Origin: an uncultured Actinomycetota bacterium
GTDB taxonomy: Bacteria; Actinomycetota; Actinomycetes; Actinomycetales; Microbacteriaceae
Reading direction: 5' to 3'
Assembly (NCBI GenBank): GCA_963781135.1
Contig: CAWADY010000013.1
Coordinates: 75 to 64,074 of the forward strand
DNA: 64,000 nucleotides
Below the pieces are notes generated by a model. That model did not search any database, was not told where the DNA came from, and was given only the letters and a program-made list of their open reading frames with translations. Shown here piece after piece: positions 29,901-41,512 of the stretch (position 1 is its first letter; each line of letters opens with the position of its first letter). Position numbers and translations under genes: made by a program.

Positions 29901-30308
29901 ATGACGTACAGCGTTCACAAGAGCGACGAGGAGTGGCGCGCCGAGCTGGACCCCGAGCGGTACCAGGTGCTGCGCGAGGCCGCGACCGAGCGCCCGTGGA
30001 CCGGCGAGCTTCTCGACGAGAGCCGTGCGGGGCTCTATGCGTGCGCCGCCTGCGGTGCCGAGCTGTTCCAGAGCGGCACGAAGTTCGACTCGCACTGCGG
30101 ATGGCCGAGCTTCTACGAGTCCGTGCGCCCTGAGGCCGTCGAGCTGCTCGAGGACAACGCGCACGGCATGCTGCGCACCGAGGTGCGGTGCGCCGCGTGC
30201 GGCTCACACCTCGGTCACGTCTTTCCGGACGGCGTGGGCACGCCCACCGGCGACCGGTACTGCATGAACTCGATCGCGCTCGAGTTCACCCCCGAAGCCG
30301 ACTCGTGA
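29901..30308 (+). CDS. msrB: Peptide-methionine (R)-S-oxide reductase
   Basis: ATERPWTG, CGWPSF, CGSHLGHVF and RYCMNS. Confidence 0.97.
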   Translation: MTYSVHKSDEEWRAELDPERYQVLREAATERPWTGELLDESRAGLYACAACGAELFQSGTKFDSHCGWPSFYESVRPEAVELLEDNAHGMLRTEVRCAACGSHLGHVFPDGVGTPTGDRYCMNSIALEFTPEADS

Positions 30309-30880
30309 CCGGCGCTCTCGAGGCGGTGCGCAACCGCCGCTCGTGGTCGAAGGTGACGGATGCCGCGCCCACGCGCGCCGAGCTGCTGACGCTGCTCTCG
30401 GCCGCCGGGCGCGTCGCAGACCACTCGTCGATGCGGCCCTGGCGTGTCATCGAGCTGCGCGGAAGCGACCGCGAGCGCCTGGGTCGCGCGATCAACAAGG
30501 CCGAGGGTCACAAGGGCTCGTCGTCCAAGCCGCTGCGCGCCCCGATGCTGCTCGCGGTCGTCGCCACCTACCGCAAGAGCGACAAGGTGCCGCGCTGGGA
30601 GCAGGAGGCGGTCGCCTCGGGCGTCGCGCACGTGCTGAGTCTGCTGCTGGACGAAGCCGGCTGGGGCGTCATCTGGCGCACGGGCCACTACACCCGCAGC
30701 AAGGCCGTCGCCAAGCTGCACGGCCTGGGCAAGAACGAGGAGCTGCTCGGCTGGCTGTACGTCGGCGGCAAGCCCCCGAAAGCGCGCCCCGGCAGGCGTA
30801 AGGCCGTCGACGCGCGGCACCACTTCTCGCGCCTGCCCTCCGCCAATCGGGACTTCTCACACCTCGAGGTGCAGTCCTAG
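30305..30880 (+). CDS. Nitroreductase family protein
   Basis: RRSWSKV, ADHSSMRPWR and WGVIWRTG; GTGA overlap with msrB. Confidence 0.9.
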   Translation: MTGALEAVRNRRSWSKVTDAAPTRAELLTLLSAAGRVADHSSMRPWRVIELRGSDRERLGRAINKAEGHKGSSSKPLRAPMLLAVVATYRKSDKVPRWEQEAVASGVAHVLSLLLDEAGWGVIWRTGHYTRSKAVAKLHGLGKNEELLGWLYVGGKPPKARPGRRKAVDARHHFSRLPSANRDFSHLEVQS

Positions 30881-31821
30881 CGGCGCAGCCGCCCCCACGG
30901 CACGGTCGCGACGACGACCGACAGCAGGGCGACGAGCACCATCGCGAGCTCTTGGACCGGCCCCGGGCTCGCCGGCGCCGGCCACAGGGCGTCGAGGGCG
31001 AAGGACATGCCGAGCTGGCCGACGACCGCGCCGAGCCCGAGCAGCAGCACACCGGTGTGCGCGACCAGCGCCGCCGACATGAAGATGTAGACCACCCCGA
31101 TCGCGCCGCCGAAATACAGCCACGCCTCGGCCGGGAAGGACGCGGGCATGCCGACGATGCCGACGTGGATCGCGGCGGCCATCACGAGGAGGATCGTCCC
31201 CCCGGCGAAGTTGACGAGCGTCGCGGTCAGCGGCGTGCCGACGCGTTGGCGCAGTCGGCCGTTCGTGGCCTGCTGCCACGCGATGCCGATGCCCGTCAGC
31301 AGCGGGAGCACCAGCATCCACAGCGGGATGCCGCTCAGCCCGTCGCCGGTCAGCGCGATGCCGACCGCGACCAGGGCAAGCGCCCCACCGATCAGTCGCG
31401 GCACCGTGACCGCGACCACGCCCGCGGGACCGTAACCCACCCGGTCGAGGATGAGCCCGCAGAGCGCTTGACCCGCGACCACGCCGACCGTGAAGAGCGA
31501 AACGCCGATGATCCCCACGGCGATCCCCTGCGTGGCGACCGTGAGCGCTCCCGCGGCGCCGCCGGCCAGCATCCACCACGGGATGCCGCGCGAGCGCACC
31601 CCGTCGACCAGGGCCGCATAGCCGCGGCGGCCTGCGGGGAGTGCCGCGGACAGCACGATGAGGATCACCAGCCCCGAGCCGAACGAGACCGCGGCCGCGA
31701 CGAGCCCGTCGTCGAGTCGCGCGCCGAGCTGACCGTTCACACGCGCCTGGAGTGCGGTGAACACGCCGACCAGCACCGCCCCGCCGAGCGCGATCCAGGC
31801 GGGCATGCGGGCGCGGGTCAC
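30877..31821 (-). CDS. DMT family transporter (YdcZ/DUF606-like, two repeats)
   Basis: LQARVNGQL, VSFGSG and WQQATNGRL; many TM segments. Confidence 0.85.
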   Translation of the reverse strand: MTRARMPAWIALGGAVLVGVFTALQARVNGQLGARLDDGLVAAAVSFGSGLVILIVLSAALPAGRRGYAALVDGVRSRGIPWWMLAGGAAGALTVATQGIAVGIIGVSLFTVGVVAGQALCGLILDRVGYGPAGVVAVTVPRLIGGALALVAVGIALTGDGLSGIPLWMLVLPLLTGIGIAWQQATNGRLRQRVGTPLTATLVNFAGGTILLVMAAAIHVGIVGMPASFPAEAWLYFGGAIGVVYIFMSAALVAHTGVLLLGLGAVVGQLGMSFALDALWPAPASPGPVQELAMVLVALLSVVVATVPWGRLRR

Positions 31822-31874
31822 TCCCCCATCATGCCGGGCCGGGACCACGTCGCCGGCCGCGGTTACCCTGGAGT

Positions 31875-32536
31875 GTGCCCACTTCCGCGCGCACGCGCTC
31901 CCTCCTCACCTGGCTTCCGGCCACGATTCTGCTCGTGGTCATCGGACTCGTGGTGCTGGCGACTTTCGCGGTGCAGGGGTCGTGGTGGGCCGAGGAGAAA
32001 CCCTCCGCTTCGGCCGATCAGAAGGCCTCGGACGGGTCGAGCATTCTGACCGACGCAGGGTTCGACTACGTGAACGTCGAGGGCATCGTGCGCGTGCGCA
32101 TCGGCGAGGGCGCGCTTCCGGCCGAAGAGCTGGGCATGGGTGCGAACGCCGAGAAGTCGGCTGAGTTCCGCGGACCCGTGCGCGCTGTCGTCGCGGGGGG
32201 TGAAGACGTCTACGTCGTCGACGACGTCGGTGGCCTCACGGCTGTCAGCCGGAACGGCGAACTCGCATCGGTGACGCTCATGTTCGACAGCCCCGGCACG
32301 TGGTCGGATTCCGTCGAGCAGGTGCAGGCGCTGGCGCCGACGTTCGGCTGGGACGAGAGCCCAGATCACCAGCCTCGACGAGCAGCTCGCGGAGTTCAAC
32401 CAGAGCGGCACCGCCGATACCTTCACCGCGGTCGTCGGTCCGTCGCAGGGCGGCGCCCAGGTGACCGCGACCCTGACGTTCGACCCCGGCAGCGGCACAA
32501 CCCCGGTGGCGCTGACCTTCGAACCCGGCAGCCTGA
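31875..32536 (+). CDS. Hypothetical membrane-anchored exported protein with apparent frameshift(s)
   Basis: N-terminal TM segment; the sensible frame switches at CCC 32360-32362. The end is uncertain: TGA at 32534 applies only if another extra C is assumed. Confidence 0.55.
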
Positions 32537-32691
32537 TTCGGCCGTCGACCTCGCGGCGCGAGGCGGCATATGCGCGCCAGCCTCCATGCGTGCTGACATC
32601 CGATGCTCGCTCGGTCGCGATCGAGGGAACACGGACGCCAGAAGCGGCCCCCCGCCCGAAGACGAGGGACCGCTCGTGGAGTGCTTCGCCG

Positions 32692-34219
32692 CTACTTCAG
32701 CGCCTTGCTGCCCTTGAACTGCATGTCGTCGGCTCCGCCACCCTGGCCCTTGCCGGTTCCGGGAACCGCGGAGTTGGTCATCGCGAACGTCAGAGTGGCG
32801 TGGGCGATGGCGTCCGCCATCTGCTCGAGCACCGCCGAGTCGATGTTCGTGATGTCATCGCAGGCCGCGTGGTAGCACTTGTCGTACGCCACGCCGGCGG
32901 TTCCACCATAGATGGCCGCTTCTTCGGCGGTCTTCTTGTCTTCGGCTCCGGTGAACAGGCCTCCCGCAGGGATGCCGTTCTCGATGAAGCCGAAGTAGTC
33001 GGAGCGTCCGTCGAACGCCGTCGGCTTGGTTGCGAGTCCCTGTGACGCGAAGTACTCGAGGAACACCTCTTCGACAGTGCTCGACCCGGTCGGGCCCTTG
33101 GTTCCGAAAGCGTCGCCGTCACCGTCGTAGACGAAGCGCACGGGGTTCGGCGAGCCGACCATGTCGAAGTTCAGGTTCACCGCGTGATCCTTGATCTCCT
33201 TCTTGGTCAGCTTCGAGATGTAGTAGTCGGACCCGATGAGCCCGTCTTCTTCACCGCTCCAGAATGCGAAGCGAACGCGGTTGACCGGCTTGACTCCCAA
33301 TTCGGCCATCTTCACGGCCGTCTCCAGGATGGCGGCGGTGCCGGATCCGTTGTCGTTGATGCCGGGGCCCTCCCGCACGCTGTCGAGGTGTCCGCCGACG
33401 ACCACGGTGCGGTCTGTGCGTCCCCCGGTGTCTGCGAGCACGTTGAAGGTCTTCACCGTTTCGACGTGCGCGTCGAATGCAAGGCGCATGGTGAGTCCTG
33501 CGCTCTTGACGAGCGCTTCACCGAGTGCGAACGTCGTGCCCACCACCGGCAGCGTGAAGATCGGCGGGTCGAGCGTGCCGAAGAGCAGCGCTTCGCGGTC
33601 TTCCGTGTGGAGACGTTGCCCTGGTTGAAGATGATCACGGCGGCCGCTCCGGCCTCAAGCGCGTTATCGGCCTTCTCGCGGAACGTGCAGGTACCCCGCT
33701 GAATCAGGGCGATGTTCCCGGCCTTGAACCTGCGAAGTCGGCGTCCTCGCATCCACTCGTCGACGCGCGGTCACCCACGATGTTGACGTCGACGGCGGTC
33801 ACCGCGGCGGTCACGTCTCCCTCGGAGGCGTAGGACATCTCGGTGTAGTCGACGTTGTACTCGTAGGTCGCGGGCGTCGGGGTGATCTGAGCGAGCACGG
33901 CGGTGTCGACGATGGTCTTGTCGTAGGTGAAATACTGACGCTGGGGCTTGTAACCCGCGGCGATCAGCTCTTTTTCCACATATGCGGCGGATGCCTCGTG
34001 ACCGGCTAGTCCGGCGGCCCGGTTGCCTCCGTTGGCGGTGGCGATTTTCTGGAACTCCGCGAGATGCTCGGTGATCCCCGCGGCGGTGACCGCGGTGCGT
34101 AGCGCTTGCGTGTCGGTCCCGTTGCCGGCCTGCGCGGGCGCCGCGACGCTGACGGCGATCATCGCTCCAGCAGCGATCGTGGCGCCGATGCCGATGCGTA
34201 GCCTTCGTCTTTCGAACAT
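32692..34219 (-). CDS. Secreted M28 aminopeptidase with PA domain, two apparent frameshifts (near 33729 and 33608)
   Basis: Signal peptide, [23 protein letters not shown]...[19 protein letters not shown] and CYHAACD, spread over three frames. Confidence 0.88.
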
Positions 34220-34426
34220 GTACTGCTCCTTATCGGGGGGATATGGCGAGCCCGTCTTCTGGCTCGCCCGATTTCCCAGACACTACCTTCGGGGGCGCGG
34301 CGACGACAGGGCGTCGCGGGATTGACACACCGGAAAGCGCGTTGGCAGTGGCGCCGCATTAGCTCGCGCGCGTCCCAGCTCGCACAGGTGTGCGGTGTGG
34401 AGCCACACGGTCGTGTCGACGCATGT

Positions 34427-34502
34427 TGGAGCCGACTACGGGACTTGAACCCGTAACCCCCTAATTACAAGTTAGGTGCGCTACCAATTGCGCCAAGTCG
34501 GC
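34427..34502 (-). tRNA. tRNA-Thr(TGT)
   Basis: 76 nt GCCGACTTGGCGCAATTGGTAGCGCACCTAACTTGTAATTAGGGGGTTACGGGTTCAAGTCCCGTAGTCGGCTCCA; anticodon TGT, encoded CCA. Confidence 0.97.
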
Positions 34503-34543
34503 AGGTACAGAAGTCTACCGAAGCCGCGGGAGCGGCATCCGCT

Positions 34544-35548
34544 CTACGGAGTGGGCGTCGGCGTCGCGCTTCCGGACGGTGTCGGCGTCGCGCTTCCGGA
34601 CGGCGTCGCGGTCGGCGTGGGGGTGCTGTAGTACGCGTCACTCGCGCTCGTGAGCACGAACTGCGCGAACTCCTTGGGGTCATCGAGGGCGCCGACGTAC
34701 TGCTCGCCGTTCACGAAGACCATCGGGGTGCCGGTGAGGGCGCCTTCCTGGGTGTCGGGAAGACCCTGCAGCGCGCGCTCGGTGGCCGACTTGGCCCACG
34801 ACGCGAACGCCTGCTTCTCGATGCACGAGCGCACGACCTTCGGTGACTCCACGCCGGAGGCCTGCGCCATGTTGGCGAGCTCGATGTCGGTGAAGCCGTC
34901 GGAGTCGACCTCGGGCTGACCGGTGAGGAGGGCGTTGTTGAAGGCGAAGAACGCGTCGGGCGAGTGGGTGGCCACGCACGCGGCCGCGCTCGCGGCGCGC
35001 AACGAGTATTTGGTGCCGTTCGACTTCGCGGTCAGCATCGCGACCGGGTAGTAGGTCAGTGTCGCGGCTTCCTCGCTCACCCACTTGGAGAGCTGCTGAA
35101 CGTTCGCGACCTGGAAGTCGTGGGAGCCGGTGGAGAGGTAGTCCACATAGACGCGGATGTCGACGACGGGCTGCTCGGTCGCCTCCGGAGTCGCGGTGGG
35201 GGTCGGCGTGGCCGTCTCGGCGGGCACGGCCTCGAGCGACTGCGCGGCTGATTCATCGTCGACCGCACCGGAGTCGGTCGCTGAGCCGACGCCGGTGACC
35301 GTGGTCACGACGAATCCGTCATCGGTGACGTTGGTCGGGCTCAGCACTGGCTGCGAGGCGGACGAGGTGACGACCCAGGTGACCACGACGGCCGCGACGG
35401 CGACGACCGCGACGATGACCGCGGCGAGCGAGGTCGTGCGGATCAGGCGCGCTCGCGACTGCTGTGCCTGAACCTGCTGCGCCTTCTCGCGGACCGCGTG
35501 ACGGCGGTGCCGCTCGGCGGGCACGTTCGGGGACTCGTCGCTCGACAT
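34544..35548 (-). CDS. DsbA/thioredoxin-like membrane-anchored protein lacking an intact CxxC
   Basis: TM segment, VYVDYLSTGS where YxDYxCPxC is typical, GTPMVFVNG, and a PT-rich tail. Confidence 0.75.
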   Translation of the reverse strand: MSSDESPNVPAERHRRHAVREKAQQVQAQQSRARLIRTTSLAAVIVAVVAVAAVVVTWVVTSSASQPVLSPTNVTDDGFVVTTVTGVGSATDSGAVDDESAAQSLEAVPAETATPTPTATPEATEQPVVDIRVYVDYLSTGSHDFQVANVQQLSKWVSEEAATLTYYPVAMLTAKSNGTKYSLRAASAAACVATHSPDAFFAFNNALLTGQPEVDSDGFTDIELANMAQASGVESPKVVRSCIEKQAFASWAKSATERALQGLPDTQEGALTGTPMVFVNGEQYVGALDDPKEFAQFVLTSASDAYYSTPTPTATPSGSATPTPSGSATPTPTP

Positions 35549-35772
35549 GGGACCTCTCGGGGCGGGCTGCGGACCTGGTGGCCCTGCATGGGTCGCACGG
35601 GGAGGCGACCGATGACGATGCTAACCAGGCAGGCTGGGAAATACCCAGACGGCTCCTGCGCACGGCCCGTGTCATACTGGACGAACGCCCAAAGACGGGC
35701 GTGCGGTTCGCCCCGCAAATTCCATCACTACGGATCGTCCGGCACGTACCTGCCGGTGAAGGAGAAGAATCA

Positions 35773-36879
<1,107 letters not shown>

Positions 36880-36886
36880 TATCCAG

Positions 36887-36933
36887 ACCGCGGCGCGGAG
36901 GGTCTCTGACCCCCCGCGCCGCGGTTTTCTTTT
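36887..36933 (+). terminator. Intrinsic terminator after msiK
   Basis: ACCGCGGCGCGG...CCGCGCCGCGGT followed by a T-rich tail. Confidence 0.8.
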
Positions 36934-36957
36934 CCCGCGCCATCCTTGGGGAGCAAG

Positions 36958-38265
36958 ATGCCCGACGCACTCCGCATCACCGCGAGCTCGGTAGACCCGG
37001 GTCTGCTGACCCTCCCCTGGTCGACGCCGCTCGCGGAGTGGCCGAGCAGCACGATCGTGTTCCTGCCGAAGGGCCTTTCGCGTCACCTGGTGCGCTTCGC
37101 GAACCTCTCCGGTCGCGTCGTCGCGATCAAGGAGACGACCGAGGAGATGGCGCGCCGCGAGTACGACATGCTCGGCAACCTCGACCGCCTCGATGCACCC
37201 TGCGTCGATCGCGTCGCCGTGATCGCCGGGCGGACCGATGCCGCGGGCAGGCCGCTTCCCGCGGCCCTGGTCACCGCACATCTCAAGTTCTCGCTGCCGT
37301 ACCGTGCCCTGTTCACGCAGGTGCTGCGGCCCGACACCGCCAATCGCCTGGTCGACGCACTCGCGGTGCTCCTGGTGCGCCTGCACAACGTCGGCTTCTT
37401 CTGGGGCGACGTGTCACTGTCGAACACCCTCTTCCGACGCGATGCGGGCGCGTTCGCGGCGTACCTCGTGGATGCCGAGACCGGCGAGCTGCACGAGAGC
37501 GGGCTGACCGCCGGTCAGCGCGCACACGACCTCGACGTCGCGCGCACCAACATCGCCGGCGAGATCATGGACCTCGAGGCCGGCGGACGCCTCGAGGGCG
37601 GGGTGGACGCGATCGCGATCGCCGACGGCATCATGTCGTCGTACCGATCGCTGTGGACCGCCCTCACCGACGAAGAGGCGTTCACGCCGAACGAGTCCTG
37701 GCGCATCACCGAGCGTGTGCAGCGGCTGAACGACCTGGGCTTCGACATCGGCGAGATGTCGATCCAGGCGATGGCGGACGGCACGAAGGTCTCGATCCAG
37801 CCGAAGGTCGTGGATGCCGGACACCACCAGCGTCGCCTGCTGCGACTGACCGGACTCGATGTCGAGGAGAATCAGGCGCGCCGCCTGCTGAACGACCTCG
37901 ACGAGTTCCGGGCCCGCATCTCACGACTCGGCGATGACGAGGAGATGGTCGCGCACGAGTGGCTCACGCGCGTGTTCGAACCGGTCGTCAAGGCGATCCC
38001 GTTCGAGTTCCGCGCGAAGCTGGAGCCCGCCGAGGTGTTCCACCAGGTTCTCGAACACCGCTGGTACATGTCGCAGGCGCGCGGCAAGGCCGTCCCGCTC
38101 GCCGAGGTGCTCTCGAGCTACATCGACGACGTGCTCAGTCACCGGCGCGACGAAGCCACCCTGATGGGTCCCGTCACCGAGACGATGGCACTCCCGGTCA
38201 TCACCGCCGACATCCCCGTGCAGGACGACGAAGCCGACAGTGTCGACTGGCGGGATCTGGTCTAG
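36958..38265 (+). CDS. DUF4032 domain protein (kinase-like fold)
   Basis: GLSRHLVRF, VVAIKE, FFWGDVSLSNTLF and EVFHQVLEHRWYMS. Confidence 0.88.
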   Translation: MPDALRITASSVDPGLLTLPWSTPLAEWPSSTIVFLPKGLSRHLVRFANLSGRVVAIKETTEEMARREYDMLGNLDRLDAPCVDRVAVIAGRTDAAGRPLPAALVTAHLKFSLPYRALFTQVLRPDTANRLVDALAVLLVRLHNVGFFWGDVSLSNTLFRRDAGAFAAYLVDAETGELHESGLTAGQRAHDLDVARTNIAGEIMDLEAGGRLEGGVDAIAIADGIMSSYRSLWTALTDEEAFTPNESWRITERVQRLNDLGFDIGEMSIQAMADGTKVSIQPKVVDAGHHQRRLLRLTGLDVEENQARRLLNDLDEFRARISRLGDDEEMVAHEWLTRVFEPVVKAIPFEFRAKLEPAEVFHQVLEHRWYMSQARGKAVPLAEVLSSYIDDVLSHRRDEATLMGPVTETMALPVITADIPVQDDEADSVDWRDLV

Positions 38266-38277
38266 TACCCGAGGTGC

Positions 38278-38919
38278 CTAATAGCCGACGGTGAAGCGCT
38301 CGCGCGAGTGCTTCGGGTTCTCGATCTCGTCGACGACCGCGACGCCCAGGTCCGGGCCCGAGATGTACGACTCGCCATCGGCATCCGTCACGACGACGTC
38401 GCCGCCGTCGCGGTAGGTCCCGGTGCGCTCACCGGGGTTCCAGGCGCCGAAGCCACCCGCGGGGTGCACGTAGAACCAGTCACGCGACGTGTCGGTCTCT
38501 TCGAGGTCCTCGAGGATGCCGATCGCCTCGAGCGCTTCGGGCTTGTACTCCTCGGTGAACGAGTCCAGATCGACCAGCCGCGGTCCGCCTTCGGCGGTGA
38601 GGCTGCCACCGGCGCCGCCGATCACGCCGATGCGCACATCGAGCGGAAGCGAAGCAACCAGCTGAGACACGCCCGGCCGGACGCTGCCGACCATGTCGCC
38701 GCGCGCGGGCACGGTCGAGACGACCACGTCGACGCCCTGCAGCTCGGTGGCGAGGCTGGGCGAATCGAGCAGCGTGCCCTCGATGTAGGTGGCGCCCTCG
38801 ACCCGCTCGGCGGCAACCGTCCGTGCGACGGAGACGACCGTGTGGCCTCGGCTCACCGCCTCAGCGACGATGTTGCGGCCGGCGTAGCCGGTTCCTCCGA
38901 TGACGGCGATGCGTGCCAT
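38278..38919 (-). CDS. NAD(P)-binding oxidoreductase
   Basis: IAVIGGTGYAG, IGVIGGAGGSL, GERTGTYR and RERFTVGY. Confidence 0.9.
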   Translation of the reverse strand: MARIAVIGGTGYAGRNIVAEAVSRGHTVVSVARTVAAERVEGATYIEGTLLDSPSLATELQGVDVVVSTVPARGDMVGSVRPGVSQLVASLPLDVRIGVIGGAGGSLTAEGGPRLVDLDSFTEEYKPEALEAIGILEDLEETDTSRDWFYVHPAGGFGAWNPGERTGTYRDGGDVVVTDADGESYISGPDLGVAVVDEIENPKHSRERFTVGY

Positions 38920-38998
38920 GGTGTTGTTCCTTTCGACGGGGTCGTCGGTAGCAAGGCACATGCGCGGTGATTCATTCCCGCGCATGAACCAGATGACG

Positions 38999-39994
38999 TC
39001 AGGAGTCTTTCTGAACCCGCAGCGTCGAGACCTGGTACAGGGCGACGGATGCCGCGATCCCGGCGTTCAGGGACTCGGTGGCCGCGTCGATCGGGATCGA
39101 GACGATCTGATCGCACGTCTCGCTCACCAGCCGTGACAGGCCCTTGCCCTCGGACCCGACGACGATCACGACGGGGCGATCGGCGAGCTCCAGCGCGGGC
39201 AGCGACACGTCGCCGCCGCCGTCGAGTCCGAGCACGAACACGCCCTGCTTCTTGAACTCTTTGAGAGTCGAAGTGAGGTTGGGGGCGATCGCGACCGGGA
39301 TGCGGGCGGCGGCCCCCGCGCTCGTCTTCCAGGCCGCGCTGTTCACGCTCGCCGACCGCCGCTGCGGGAGGATCACGCCGTGACCGCCGAACGCGCCTGT
39401 GGAGCGGATGATCGCGCCGAGGTTGCGCGGGTCGGTGATGCCGTCCAGCGCGACGAACAGCGGCGTCTGACCCTTGTCGATCACGCTCTCCAGCAGGTCC
39501 TGCGGGTGCGCGTACTCGTACGGCGGCACCTTGAGGGCGACGCCCTGGTGAACGCCGTCGAAACCGGCCATGCGGTCGAGTTCGGGGCGCGTGACCTCCA
39601 TGACCGGGATCTGGCGGTGCGTGGCGATCGACAGCATCTCTTTGACGCGGTCGTCCATCTCCACGCGCTGCGCGATGTAGAACGCGGTCGCGGGGATCTT
39701 GGCGCGCAGCGCCTCCAGCACGGAGTTGCGCCCGGTCACCACCTCGGTGTCATCGTCCTTCTTGGCCGCGCGAGGGCGCGACTGCGCCTGCCCTGCCGGC
39801 TTGCCCTTGCCGCCTGCGGCGGCGTAGCGCTCGGCCGCGGCCTTGCGCTTGCCTGCGGGGTGCCAGGCGCGGTCCTCGGCTTTGGGCGTCGGCCCGCGAC
39901 CCTCGAGCGAACGCTTGTTCTTTCCGCCCGTGCCCTTGGTGGGGCCCTTCTTGCCCTTGCTGGCGCCTGGGCGCCCCGGCTTGCTACCGGCCAT
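38999..39994 (-). CDS. rlmB: 23S rRNA Gm2251 methyltransferase (TrmH family)
   Basis: VTGRNSVLEAL, LDGITDPRNLGAI, VGSEGKG and ESLNAGIA. Confidence 0.95.
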   Translation of the reverse strand: MAGSKPGRPGASKGKKGPTKGTGGKNKRSLEGRGPTPKAEDRAWHPAGKRKAAAERYAAAGGKGKPAGQAQSRPRAAKKDDDTEVVTGRNSVLEALRAKIPATAFYIAQRVEMDDRVKEMLSIATHRQIPVMEVTRPELDRMAGFDGVHQGVALKVPPYEYAHPQDLLESVIDKGQTPLFVALDGITDPRNLGAIIRSTGAFGGHGVILPQRRSASVNSAAWKTSAGAAARIPVAIAPNLTSTLKEFKKQGVFVLGLDGGGDVSLPALELADRPVVIVVGSEGKGLSRLVSETCDQIVSIPIDAATESLNAGIAASVALYQVSTLRVQKDS

Positions 39995-41408
39995 GAATAC
40001 TCCAATGTGTTGCGTCGTTCGTGTCTTCGAGCGTGATGCCCGCGGCAGCGATGGCGTCGCGGATGCGATCGGCCCCTGCCCAGTCTTTTGCGGCGCGCGC
40101 ATCGGCGCGCTGGGTGATGAGGCTCTGGACGAGGGCGTCGAGCGCGGCTGCCTCGGCACCGGTCGGCGCGGACTGCCAGACCGGGTCGAGCGGGTCGATG
40201 CCGAGCACGCCGGTCATGATCGCGACGTCGGCGAACGCCTTCGTGGTCGCCGTGCGATCGCCCTCGTCCAGCGCGGTGTTGCCGGCGCGCACGGTCTCGT
40301 GCAGCACCGCGAGGGCCTGGGGCACGCCGAGGTCGTCGTCCATCGCGGCGGCGAAGCGGTCGGGCACGGTGGCGGCGATGCGCAGGTCGTCCGAGTCGTC
40401 CTGCAGCGTGCGCACGGCGCGCTCGAGGAAGGAGCGGATGCGCTCCAGTGCCGCCTCGGCCTCGTCGAAGGATGATGCCGTGATGTCGAGGCTCGAGCGG
40501 TAGTGAGCGGCCGCGAGCGCGTAGCGGATCACGAGCGGGGCGCGCTCGCGCAGCACGTCTTCGGCGAGCAGGAAGTTGCCGAGCGACTTCGACATCTTCT
40601 GGTCTCCCACGGTCACGAGGCCGTTGTGCACCCAGTACCGGGCGAACGCATCACCGGCGGCGGTCGACTGCGCCAGCTCGTTCTCGTGGTGCGGGAAACG
40701 CAGGTCGAGTCCTCCGCCGTGGATGTCGAATTCGGGTCCGAGGTATCGCCGAGACATCGCGGAGCACTCGATGTGCCAGCCGGGCCGGCCGGGTCCCCAC
40801 GGCGACGCCCACCGCGCGCTCTCGGGCTCGTCGGGCTTCGCGCCCTTCCAGAGGGCGAAGTCGCGCGGGTCGCGCTTGCCTCGAGGATCGGCATCCTGTG
40901 CCGGCTCCATGGCGTCGAGCGACTGGCGCGTGAGGGTGCCGTATTCGCCCCATGAACGCACGTCGAAGTACACGTCGCCGTTCGCGGCGTAGGCGTGCCC
41001 CGCGTCGACGAGCCTCTCGATGAGCTCCTGCATCTGCGGAATGGACGCGGTGGCGCGGGGCTCATAGGTCGGCGGTGCGATTCCGATCGCGGCATACGCG
41101 TTCGTGAACTCCAGTTCCATCCGATACGCGAGGGCCCACCACGGCTCGGTGTCGGTCGCGTTCGCGAGCACTTTGTCGTCGATGTCGGTGACGTTGCGCA
41201 CGAACGTGACGCGACCGTACCGGTGCGCGAGCCAGCGGCGCAGGATGTCGAAGCTCAGCGCGCCGCGGAGGTGGCCGATGTGCGGACCGGACTGCACGGT
41301 GGGACCGCAGACGTACACCGTCACGTCGGAGGGGTCGAGCGGCACGAACTCGCGCAGAGCCTGCGCTTTGGTGTCGTAGAGCCTCACGGGCGGGGTACCG
41401 GGTGTCAC
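39984..41408 (-). CDS. cysS: Cysteine--tRNA ligase
   Basis: YVCGPTVQ, HIGH, PGWHIECSAM and KMSKS. Confidence 0.98.
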   Translation of the reverse strand: MTPGTPPVRLYDTKAQALREFVPLDPSDVTVYVCGPTVQSGPHIGHLRGALSFDILRRWLAHRYGRVTFVRNVTDIDDKVLANATDTEPWWALAYRMELEFTNAYAAIGIAPPTYEPRATASIPQMQELIERLVDAGHAYAANGDVYFDVRSWGEYGTLTRQSLDAMEPAQDADPRGKRDPRDFALWKGAKPDEPESARWASPWGPGRPGWHIECSAMSRRYLGPEFDIHGGGLDLRFPHHENELAQSTAAGDAFARYWVHNGLVTVGDQKMSKSLGNFLLAEDVLRERAPLVIRYALAAAHYRSSLDITASSFDEAEAALERIRSFLERAVRTLQDDSDDLRIAATVPDRFAAAMDDDLGVPQALAVLHETVRAGNTALDEGDRTATTKAFADVAIMTGVLGIDPLDPVWQSAPTGAEAAALDALVQSLITQRADARAAKDWAGADRIRDAIAAAGITLEDTNDATHWSIHGR

Positions 41409-41512
41409 CGCACCAGCCTACCGGCGGGGCATCAGCCGAACCTGGCCGTGACTCAGGTGGACCGGCCCGGTCCGGTTCGTCGCAGGCGCGAGGGTGCCTG
41501 TAGAACTGGAGG

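Noticed and set aside
34393-34430. att site of an integrative element at tRNA-Thr
   Set aside because: Only a 7-bp repeat 30 nt from the tRNA, with no integrase and no distal copy.
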